In this document: positions 9,496 through 17,297 of the stretch, piece after piece
How positions within the stretch are numbered: position 1 is the stretch's first letter
Layout of the letters: every line of letters starts with the position of its first letter
Origin: Bacillota bacterium
GTDB taxonomy: Bacteria > Bacillota > Sulfobacillia > SLMV01
Assembly (NCBI GenBank): GCA_046483165.1
Contig: JAWODQ010000096.1
Location: 7,667 to 71,666, forward strand
Reading direction: 5' to 3'
DNA length: 64,000 bases
Notes under the pieces: model-generated
Told to the model about the DNA's origin: nothing
The model's input: the letters and a program-made list of their open reading frames with translations, nothing else
The model's database searches: none
Position numbers and translations under genes: made by a program

Positions 9496-10416
9496 ATGGA
9501 TAAAAGAAACGGGATCGCGACCTCTTTCCCGGGGGAGAATCTGTCGGGTAACATGGGGGAGGAGCCTCCTGGAGGGAAGTGGTTGATCATCGAATCCGAT
9601 CGGAATAACTCCGTTAGCATGCTCACTGTGAGGTTGATGTTTTTGCTCATCGCGTCGGTGGGGTATCTTTATCTCTCCGGACTCTGGGCCGTCGCGGTAT
9701 CCTCGCAGAGCCCCACTGCGGTCGTTTTGAACATTTTGCGCCTTCTGTTGCCGGCGATAGGAGGTACGCTCGCGGCGGGGATGGGGGAGAGATGGACTCG
9801 GTCGACGCCGGGATCACTGCTTTTTTGGGGATTTACGGCGGCCTGGATCCTGATCGTATTCCTTCCCACCCTGGGTGTTCCGATACCCGGTATAAGGATG
9901 TCGGCGATACCGGGAATGGTTTGTTTGCTCGGATGGTTCGCCGGCCTGAGCCCCACGGTACCCGAGGAACGATTCGACTGGGGGCGGATCGTCGCGTTGG
10001 TTGCGATCGCCGTTGCCGCTCTCATCGCCCACAATTTCCTGGTGGGAGATTGGCAGATGCACATAGTAAGTGGAGTCGGCGGAGCATTCCTTAGGCTCCT
10101 GGGGGGCGTGGTGGCTCTATTTGCCGCGGGAGCCCTCTTCGAAGTACTCGCTCCCGGGGGAGATATCGCCGACGGGCGACGGGTTGCCCTCGTGGCGATG
10201 CTGTTGTGGCTGGTTCCACTGGTAACGATCGCCTACGACCTGGTCACACTCGATATAACGAATACGGTTTATGGCATGGCGCCGTGGCCGGATACCTGGA
10301 GGGCATTTTATGCTCCCATCATGTTGGCGATAATCAGCGGGCCGGTGGGCACCATGGCGGTTCGAGGATTTAGGGCAGGATCTTTTCACGAAGACGACGG
10401 TCCATTCCCCGGATAA
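9496..10416 (+). CDS. Hypothetical polytopic membrane protein
   Basis: Long ORF with about 7 hydrophobic segments and no recognisable motif. The start is uncertain; internal Met MLTVRLMFLL is possible. Divergent from the C_GCAxxG gene. Confidence 0.45.
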   Translation: MDKRNGIATSFPGENLSGNMGEEPPGGKWLIIESDRNNSVSMLTVRLMFLLIASVGYLYLSGLWAVAVSSQSPTAVVLNILRLLLPAIGGTLAAGMGERWTRSTPGSLLFWGFTAAWILIVFLPTLGVPIPGIRMSAIPGMVCLLGWFAGLSPTVPEERFDWGRIVALVAIAVAALIAHNFLVGDWQMHIVSGVGGAFLRLLGGVVALFAAGALFEVLAPGGDIADGRRVALVAMLLWLVPLVTIAYDLVTLDITNTVYGMAPWPDTWRAFYAPIMLAIISGPVGTMAVRGFRAGSFHEDDGPFPG

Positions 10417-10474
10417 GGCGAATGGACCGATGGAATCTAAGCGCGCGGCAGCGACGATACGTAGGCGCGAATTC

Positions 10475-10903
10475 TCATTCGATGTCGACATCCACAATCT
10501 GGCCGCGCAGGGATTCCTTCAGTGGCAGAGATATCCTGAGGACCCCGTTATCGAAGCGAGCCTTAATGCTCTCCACCTTCTCCACCTCGGGAGGCACCGG
10601 GAAGGTGCGCTGGAACCGCCCGTACCGGCGTCCCATGTGGAGGTAGTCGTCGGTGTTAACTTCCTCATCACGCTGGATTTCGCCTTTGACGATCAGACGA
10701 TCGTTCTCGATGCGTACGCTGATGTCATCCTTACTCAATCCCGGCAGTTCGATGTCGTAATGGAGGGCATTATCCTTTTCGTAAATATCCGCCCTTCCGA
10801 GGGCCGTACCGAACAAACCTTCTCCGGTCAAATCACCGAAAAGCCGTTCGAAACGATCTGGCATCTTCAAAGCGTCTTCCCAAAGGCTTGGGAGCAGAGA
10901 CAT
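10475..10903 (-). CDS. Hsp20/alpha-crystallin family small heat-shock protein
   Basis: Alpha-crystallin domain (DIYEKDNALHYDIELPGLSKDDISVRIENDRLIVKGE...RFDNGVLRISLP). Start placed at the Met (MSLLPSLW) preceded by SD TAAGGAGGGA at 8-nt spacing. Confidence 0.85.
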   Translation of the reverse strand: MSLLPSLWEDALKMPDRFERLFGDLTGEGLFGTALGRADIYEKDNALHYDIELPGLSKDDISVRIENDRLIVKGEIQRDEEVNTDDYLHMGRRYGRFQRTFPVPPEVEKVESIKARFDNGVLRISLPLKESLRGQIVDVDIE

Positions 10904-10951
10904 ATCTCGATCCCTCCTTATCGATATCTGAAGGTCTTCGATCATCTTTGA

Positions 10952-10978
10952 TTAGCACTCTCCTTAGGGGAGTGCTAA
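10952..10978. promoter_or_regulatory. CIRCE operator (HrcA binding site) in the hsp20 leader
   Basis: TTAGCACTC-tccttaggg-GAGTGCTAA is a perfect 9-N9-9 match to the CIRCE consensus. It lies ~50 nt upstream of the hsp20 start and just downstream of the predicted -10. Confidence 0.8.
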
Positions 10979-10988
10979 TTCACTTATT

Positions 10989-11017
10989 ATTATGGTTCGC
11001 TCACGATTTTGAGTCAA
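10989..11017 (-). promoter_or_regulatory. Sigma-A-type promoter for hsp20
   Basis: On the minus strand: TTGACT (11012..11017 rc), 17-nt spacer, CATAAT (10989..10994 rc). CIRCE lies immediately downstream. Confidence 0.5.
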
Positions 11018-11304
11018 CATTTCCATATGGCAATGTGAGATCCTGAATACGGATTGGGAGCGATATACTACAAATAGAATCTCAAGATATCCTGTGGCGC
11101 TTCTGCACACGAAGTCTCACACCCTCGATCGCTTCGCGGGTTCTCGGGTTCTCGATATCCGGTGGGGGAATTCCTTCTTTTTTGGGTAAGGTAAGCTCAG
11201 AGGCGAACTTTTTGTGTCGGGATTCGTCTGTAGATATGCGTGTCAGAGATGGGAAAAGATTTCCGCAATGTCAGGTCATAGTTGAATTGAAAGGGGTATC
11301 AGGT

Positions 11305-12603
11305 ATGTTTAAAAAGATTACGGCAGCAATGTTATGCACGGTGTTTCTGTTCGCGGTCGGGGCGGGAGGAGTATTCGCAGCGGAGCACGAGATCGATTGG
11401 GAGATCGTGGATTCGGAGGACGCCCCGCAAGAGGTCCAGACGTGGCTCCAATCCAACGTCGAAGAGAGAGGTGTCTATCTCCTCGGTGCCGGTGATGTGT
11501 GCTACCTACTCATAAGCTGGGGTGAAAAACCCACCGGCGGTTACGTCCTCGACGTCGAGGACGTCGGGTGGCATCTCGAAGAAAACGTCCGAGTTAACGT
11601 CAATCTCAGTGAACCCGATCCCGATGACGTCGTGACGCAGGCACTGACCTACCCTCACGCGCTGCTCGCGCTGGAGAACGGTGACGAGACCGTAATGGTC
11701 AATTTCACTGGCGCCGACTGGTTAGAAGGGGAAGTTGCCGAGGTATCGGAAGATGATCCCTCCATAGTGCTGCGGGCCTTGACTGGCGAAGAAGAAGTCG
11801 CGCCAAATCCGCTGAGAGTGGAGGGTCGGGCCCGCGTTTTCGAGGCCACTTTCCAGGTGGTGGTGGAGGACGGACATTATCATCTCAGTGCGGATACTCT
11901 CACGGCGGCCGTGGCCGGTCCCGAGTGGGCCGAGTTCGCCCTGGTCATACCCTACGCCGCCCCGACCAATCCCAGCGGCATGCTTATCGGATCATACACG
12001 GATGCGCAATCGGGGGATTTGGTGGAAGAGGCACAAGTTCCGCTGTCCTTCGGTAACGCTTCGGAACCGCTGGATGACATTCGGGGTCACTGGGCCGAAG
12101 CGTCCATACGTCTCGGAGTCTCGGCGGGCTTCATAGATGGTTATCCCGAGGGCGATTTCCGTCCTGAGAACCGGGTCACGCGCGCGGAGTTTCTCAAGAT
12201 GCTCGTCGCCTCGCAGACCGATCGGGAGGACGAAAGTGACGCCTCCGTACCCTTCGAAGATGTGTTGGGACACTGGGTTGAACCGTATATGAGATGGGCA
12301 GTTCAAGAGGGATGGGTTCCCGAGGGAGAATTCGGTGATGCCTTCAGCCCTAATTCCGTCATAACCCGGGAAGAGATGGCACTGTTGTCCGCGATGGCCG
12401 CCGGTCTCAGCGCCTCCGAAGAGGCTCCCGATTTCGCCGACGCGGAGGATATCGATGAGGGTATTGCTGGCTGGGTACAAGCTGCCTCCGAAGAGGGCCT
12501 GCTCGTCGGATATCCCGACGGCACTTTCGCGCCAAAGTCCGGTCTGAAGCGTTCTGAAGCGGTCACGGTAGTATGGCGTGCCGTACGGCATCTGGATGAG
12601 TGA
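11305..12603 (+). CDS. S-layer homology (SLH) domain protein with N-terminal PrcB-like domain
   Basis: Signal peptide MFKKITAAMLCTVFLFAVGAGGVFA. A PrcB_C-like segment (YLLGAGDVCYLLISWGEKPTGGYVLDV). Three C-terminal SLH repeats (FxDxxxHWAxxxI..., FEDVLGHWVEPYM..., FADAEDIDEGIAGWV...). SD AAAGGGG upstream. Confidence 0.8.
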   Translation: MFKKITAAMLCTVFLFAVGAGGVFAAEHEIDWEIVDSEDAPQEVQTWLQSNVEERGVYLLGAGDVCYLLISWGEKPTGGYVLDVEDVGWHLEENVRVNVNLSEPDPDDVVTQALTYPHALLALENGDETVMVNFTGADWLEGEVAEVSEDDPSIVLRALTGEEEVAPNPLRVEGRARVFEATFQVVVEDGHYHLSADTLTAAVAGPEWAEFALVIPYAAPTNPSGMLIGSYTDAQSGDLVEEAQVPLSFGNASEPLDDIRGHWAEASIRLGVSAGFIDGYPEGDFRPENRVTRAEFLKMLVASQTDREDESDASVPFEDVLGHWVEPYMRWAVQEGWVPEGEFGDAFSPNSVITREEMALLSAMAAGLSASEEAPDFADAEDIDEGIAGWVQAASEEGLLVGYPDGTFAPKSGLKRSEAVTVVWRAVRHLDE

Positions 12604-12701
12604 TAGATCCAGCCAGGACTCTCCAGTGGTATCGAGGTAGCGTATCGGTGTGAAATGTCGCGTTCTTTAGAGAGAGATGACGCGAAGGCAGGCAAATAGA
12701 T

Positions 12702-12740
12702 AAACGGCAGCGTCCCTAGGGACGCTGCCGTTTTGTTCGA
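12702..12740. terminator. Intrinsic terminator hairpin between the SLH gene and the cold-shock gene
   Basis: aaacggcagcgtcc-ctag-ggacgctgccgttt followed by TTTTGTT on the + strand. It sits between convergent genes. Confidence 0.6.
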
Positions 12741-12751
12741 AGCCTACACTA

Positions 12752-12979
12752 TTAGAAGGGGAAAGAAGAACCTTCGTCGTCGATGACCTTGATGTTCGTG
12801 GCCTGTAGTCCCTTGGGGGACTCGACGATCTCGAAGCTTACCCGCTGGTTTTCCTCGAGCGTCTTAAAGCCTTCCTGATCGATCTCCGAGAAGTGGGCGA
12901 AGACGTCGTCTCCGTCCTCTCTCTCGATGAAACCATAACCTTTTGCCGCGTCGAACCATTTAACTGTTCCTTCTGGCAA
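12752..12979 (-). CDS. csp: Cold-shock protein (CspA family)
   Basis: 75 aa: [30 protein letters not shown] carries the RNP1/RNP2 cold-shock domain motifs. A ~430-nt AT-richer leader lies upstream (12980..13413), typical of csp genes. Confidence 0.85.
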   Translation of the reverse strand: MPEGTVKWFDAAKGYGFIEREDGDDVFAHFSEIDQEGFKTLEENQRVSFEIVESPKGLQATNIKVIDDEGSSFPF

Positions 12980-13413
12980 TCCTATACCTCCGTACGAGCG
13001 ACTAGCTGCCTTCCACGCACATTATTCGGGAAGGATGAAGCGTGGCAACCTCGCCCAAATTATTCTTGGATCTCTTAAAGATCCACTGTACCTCTGTTGC
13101 TTCATCCCGGCACAGTCTAAATGCATTGTACTCCATGACTCGCTGTTGCGCAACAGTCGACGAGCAACTCGACGAGCAACTCCCAGATATCTTCCACCAA
13201 AAGAAGGACTGCCAAAACCAATTGACGAATCTCCAACACAAGACCTCATCCTTTCCTTGGGCGGGATTACGTTTGCGAAACAACTACAACCGGGTGAGGT
13301 CTTCTTCTACCCAATCCCCACCACACCTACTAAAACTTTACACTTACCTCGGCTCGTTGCCCGGGAGAGTTCGCTTTTGGTGCCTAACCCCCTGAGCGCT
13401 TAGCGCGGAGGAG

Positions 13414-14277
13414 TCAATCCCGCCGGATGCGGAAAGCATCTTGCAGGTGCTCCCGAGTGGTCGGGTCAAAATCTCGAAATGCCGGCGCCCCCTCTCCATC
13501 GTACCCCAGGGTGTCTTCGAAGGTTCGGTGTTCCGATCTGTAGAATATGCCGATCGGTATTTCCTCGCCCCAAACTTCCGCGAGTCTCCTGGCCTCCTCC
13601 AGGTCCGAGATATCGTGACTCTCGTCGATCTTTCTCACGCGCTCCCGATACCAGGCAAAGGTGTTGTGGCGGTTGAAAGTTACGCAGGGCTGCAGTATGT
13701 CCAACAGAGCATAACCGCGGTAGGTAATCGCCGCCTTCATTAATTCCTTCAGGTGGTCGGGATCTCCGCTGAATCCTCGGGCCACGAATCCGGCACCGGC
13801 CGCCAGCGCGATATATAGGGGGTTCAGCGGCGAGCTCTTCACTCCATCCGTTTGCACGGGGGTCTGCATGCCCGGATCGCTGGTGGGACTCGCCTGGCCT
13901 TTGGTCAGGCCGTAAATCTGGTTATTGTGCACGAAATGGGCCAGGTTGGGGTTTCTCCGAACGTTGTGCAGGAAATGATTCCCACCCTCCCCGTAGGTGT
14001 CTCCGTCGCCCGATTCCACTATACAGACCAGGTTGGGATTGGCTACCCGTGAGCCCAATGCTACGGGAAGAGCGCGGCCGTGAAGACCGTTGAATCCATT
14101 TACCCGAACGTAATGGGGAGTTTTCGCCGCCTGCCCGATGCCGGAACATATCAACACTTCGTGGGGCTCCAGTTCGAGTTCCGCGAGGGTCTCTTCGAGT
14201 GTTTTTAGGATGGCGAAATTGCCGCATCCGGGGCACCAGGCCGGGGTGTCCACTCCCTTCGTGAAAGGGTTAGACAT
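13414..14277 (-). CDS. korB: 2-oxoacid:ferredoxin oxidoreductase beta subunit (TPP-binding)
   Basis: 287 aa: AWCPGCGNF...GIGQAA...GDGDTYGEGGNHF matches the TPP-binding fold of KorB/OorB. It overlaps the korA stop by 8 nt. Confidence 0.85.
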   Translation of the reverse strand: MSNPFTKGVDTPAWCPGCGNFAILKTLEETLAELELEPHEVLICSGIGQAAKTPHYVRVNGFNGLHGRALPVALGSRVANPNLVCIVESGDGDTYGEGGNHFLHNVRRNPNLAHFVHNNQIYGLTKGQASPTSDPGMQTPVQTDGVKSSPLNPLYIALAAGAGFVARGFSGDPDHLKELMKAAITYRGYALLDILQPCVTFNRHNTFAWYRERVRKIDESHDISDLEEARRLAEVWGEEIPIGIFYRSEHRTFEDTLGYDGEGAPAFRDFDPTTREHLQDAFRIRRD

Positions 14278-15949
14278 ATTGTGCTACCTCCTCTTGGATA
14301 TCTTGCGGTGTGAACGGTCTTCCATCGTAGCGCAAGATGCTGTGGTCGAATTGCAGTCCAGTCTCACGGCGCACCAAATCGGCCAGCTGAGCGGTGTAAT
14401 TTGCTTCGACGCATATGCTCATAGATGCTCTTTGGACCATCTCTTCGAGTCTTTGGGTCGGTAAGGGCCATAGGTCGGTGAAATGTAGATGACCGACGGA
14501 CGAATCCTGTCCTTCGAGCCGCTGGCGCGCCTCGCGTAGCGCTCCGTAGGTAGAACCCCATCCGATCAGCAATAGATCCGGATCGTCGGGACCGATATAC
14601 GTGGGTTCGTCCATCGCCTCGGCCAGCCGTGCCGATTTGGACATGCGCTTTCGCATCATGGCCCGTCGCGTCGAGGCATCTTCGACGATGAATCCCCGTT
14701 CGTCGTGTTCGTCGGAATCTACCAGGACGACCTCGCCGGGGAATTGACCGGGTATCGCCCGGGGAGAGATCCCGTCTTCGGCCAGGCGATACCGGGCGTA
14801 GGGTTTCTCCAACTCGCGGGCGAGATATCTGTCGTGGGAGAGTTTTCCGAAATCGAACGGGGGAATAGTTCGAGCGGTGTCGGCGAAGTTTTGATCCGAT
14901 AGGAATATGACCGGAATCTGAAATTGGTCCGCCAGGGCGAAAGCCTTGTTGAGCCGGTAGAAGGCGTCCTCGAGGTGGGTGGCCGAGGTTACGACGCGGG
15001 GAAATTCTCCGTGTCCCGCATCGATCACGAAGGAGAGATCTCCCTGGTCGGTGCGAGTGGGAAAACCGGTCGCCGGCCCGGGGCGCATAGCCAAAACGAT
15101 CACCGCCGGCGTTTCCGTCATTCCCGCGAGAGATAATCCTTCCACCATGAGAGAAAAGCCTCCGCCGGAGGTCGCCGTCATGGCTCGTATACCGGCGTAG
15201 GAGGCGCCGAGCACCGAATTGATCGCCGCGATCTCATCCTCGGGCTGCTCCACTACTACCTCCGAGTCGCGCAGTGAAGCAAGGTAAGTCATGATTCCCG
15301 TGGCCGGGGTCATGGGATACGCGGAGTAGAAACGACAGCCACTGGCAGCGGCCGACATGCCCAGAGTTTGATTCCCGTCGAGAAAGATGGGGGATTGCTC
15401 TTCGGGGTCGGGTGGATCTATGGCAAGGGGAGTCCACTGCACACTCTCATATCCGGAAAGTAGGGCCTCGACGTTTTGTTCTCCCACCCTATCCTTGTGC
15501 GAGAAAGTCTCCAACAGTATGTTCTCAGCCCTTCGGGTGGACAGTCCGAGCAGGGCCAGGGCGGCACCCAGTGCCACCGTGTTGGCCATGATGCGTCCCC
15601 CGGCATCGCGCGCCAGCCGGTCGATGGACACCGCAACTCCCCTGTCGTCATCCGATTTGAAGTGCTTTGGATCGTAGACGAACACACCATCTTCATCCAG
15701 TTCATCCAGGTGTCGTGAGTAAGTTTCCTCATCGAGACAAAGGAGGAGGTTACAGCGATTTTCGAAGGCCCAGGGGGTGTGGGCGGCGGCGCGCAATATG
15801 GAGAAGTTGTGACCGCCCCTCACCCGCGACATGTAGTCTTTGGTGGAAAGGACTCCATATCCCTCGGCGGCGAGGATATGGCCGAGGGATGCCGCCAGCG
15901 TGTCCATTCCCTGGCCGGCCGCCCCTCCTATCATTATGTGTATATCCAT
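14270..15949 (-). CDS. korA: 2-oxoacid:ferredoxin oxidoreductase alpha subunit (fused gamma-alpha type)
   Basis: N-terminal gamma-like domain (MIGGAAGQGMDTLAASLG) fused to the pyruvate-flavodoxin/ferredoxin oxidoreductase alpha core. Start at MDIHIMIGG with SD GAAGGGATGG. Confidence 0.85.
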   Translation of the reverse strand: MDIHIMIGGAAGQGMDTLAASLGHILAAEGYGVLSTKDYMSRVRGGHNFSILRAAAHTPWAFENRCNLLLCLDEETYSRHLDELDEDGVFVYDPKHFKSDDDRGVAVSIDRLARDAGGRIMANTVALGAALALLGLSTRRAENILLETFSHKDRVGEQNVEALLSGYESVQWTPLAIDPPDPEEQSPIFLDGNQTLGMSAAASGCRFYSAYPMTPATGIMTYLASLRDSEVVVEQPEDEIAAINSVLGASYAGIRAMTATSGGGFSLMVEGLSLAGMTETPAVIVLAMRPGPATGFPTRTDQGDLSFVIDAGHGEFPRVVTSATHLEDAFYRLNKAFALADQFQIPVIFLSDQNFADTARTIPPFDFGKLSHDRYLARELEKPYARYRLAEDGISPRAIPGQFPGEVVLVDSDEHDERGFIVEDASTRRAMMRKRMSKSARLAEAMDEPTYIGPDDPDLLLIGWGSTYGALREARQRLEGQDSSVGHLHFTDLWPLPTQRLEEMVQRASMSICVEANYTAQLADLVRRETGLQFDHSILRYDGRPFTPQDIQEEVAQYV

Positions 15950-16091
15950 TTTGATCCATCCCTTCAAGTGCACAAGATATACGCATTTTTACCACGCAAA
16001 CCGGGTTGCTCAAACCGAAGGTCCGGGGAGGGGATTGATGGGGTCGAAGCGAAGCGCGAGTTAATGCATTGCGGGAGGGTTGGTCGTCATT

Positions 16092-17297
16092 ATGCGAATT
16101 CTACATACCTCTGATTGGCACCTCGGAAGGACGCTGGAGGGCAGATCGCGCGCCGGCGAGCAGGAGGCGATGTTGGAAGAGATCGCCTCTTTGGTGGAAG
16201 AATGCCGGATCGATATGTTGCTGGTTGCGGGAGACGTGTTTGACGCCTACAATCCTCCCGCGGCCGCCGAAGAAATGTACTACCATTATCTCGAGCGTTT
16301 CGCCTCCGCGGGGCGGACGGCCGTGGTGGTGGCGGCGGGCAATCACGACAGCCCGGAGAGAATCCGGGCGGCAAATCCGCTCGCAGTTCGACACGGCATA
16401 TCTTTGTTCGGTCTACCGGGAGAAAGACTGGGAACGACCGCACCGGTAGGGCGCATCCGGCGAATCGACGCCGGTTTGGGTTGGACGGATATCCGCATCG
16501 CCGACGAAGTGGTCCGGATCGTGGTCCTTCCCTATCCCTCGGAGGTACGGTTAGGCGAGGTATTGAGTCGCGAGATGGATGCCGAGATCCGCCGTGCCGC
16601 GTACTCGGATAGAGTGGCCGCCCTCCTCAGGAGTGCTCTCGACGAGCGGCCGACCTGTTCGCCGCGCCTTATGATGGGGCACATCTACGTTGCGGGGGGT
16701 TCGGAATCGGAATCCGAAAGACCCATACACATCGGGGGAGCATTGACCGTAGACCGGGATGCGATACCCCCTGAGTTCAGCTACGTCGCCCTGGGACACC
16801 TGCATCGACCCCAGCGGGTGGGAAGAAATGAGAAGTGCCGCTACAGTGGCTCGCCGCTGGCTTTCAGTTTTTCCGAGACCGGTGACTCCCGGGAAGTGGT
16901 CATGGTCGACCTTCAACCCGACGGAGATGCCGAGGTGGAAAGAATTCCCCTGAGTTGTGGGCGTCCCCTGTTGCGAAGGCGCGTGCGGGGATGGGAAGAA
17001 CTCACGCGGGTGGTTGAGGACGCCGAGGGCGCCTGGTTGCAGGTGGACGTGGAGCTCGATGAGCCGCTCAGTCCGGCACAGCTGGGAGAACTCAGAAGGG
17101 AAAACCCCCACGTAGTCATAATACGGGTGCTGCTACCCCAATCCGAGGCGGGCGAAGATCGCAAACCCCTTACCGAGCTAAGCCTCCAGGAGAGATTCGC
17201 GCGGTTTTATGCGGAGCGGGAGGGTGGGGATCCGCCCGAGGAACTCGTGGATCTCTTCTTGCAGTTGGTGCAAAGGGAGGAGGGTGAAGAGCAATGA
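16092..17297 (+). CDS. sbcD: Exonuclease SbcCD nuclease subunit D (Mre11-like phosphoesterase)
   Basis: MRILHTSDWHLG...LLVAGDVFD...GNHDS are calcineurin-like phosphoesterase motifs. The 4-nt ATGA overlap with sbcC suggests translational coupling. Confidence 0.85.
   Translation: MRILHTSDWHLGRTLEGRSRAGEQEAMLEEIASLVEECRIDMLLVAGDVFDAYNPPAAAEEMYYHYLERFASAGRTAVVVAAGNHDSPERIRAANPLAVRHGISLFGLPGERLGTTAPVGRIRRIDAGLGWTDIRIADEVVRIVVLPYPSEVRLGEVLSREMDAEIRRAAYSDRVAALLRSALDERPTCSPRLMMGHIYVAGGSESESERPIHIGGALTVDRDAIPPEFSYVALGHLHRPQRVGRNEKCRYSGSPLAFSFSETGDSREVVMVDLQPDGDAEVERIPLSCGRPLLRRRVRGWEELTRVVEDAEGAWLQVDVELDEPLSPAQLGELRRENPHVVIIRVLLPQSEAGEDRKPLTELSLQERFARFYAEREGGDPPEELVDLFLQLVQREEGEEQ

Noticed and set aside
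13158-13181. Perfect tandem duplication cgacgagcaact x2 inside the csp upstream leader (it also creates the DEQLDEQL spurious ORF)
   Set aside because: A two-copy 12-mer inside a known long csp 5' UTR. It is too short to call a repeat family or CRISPR-like feature.
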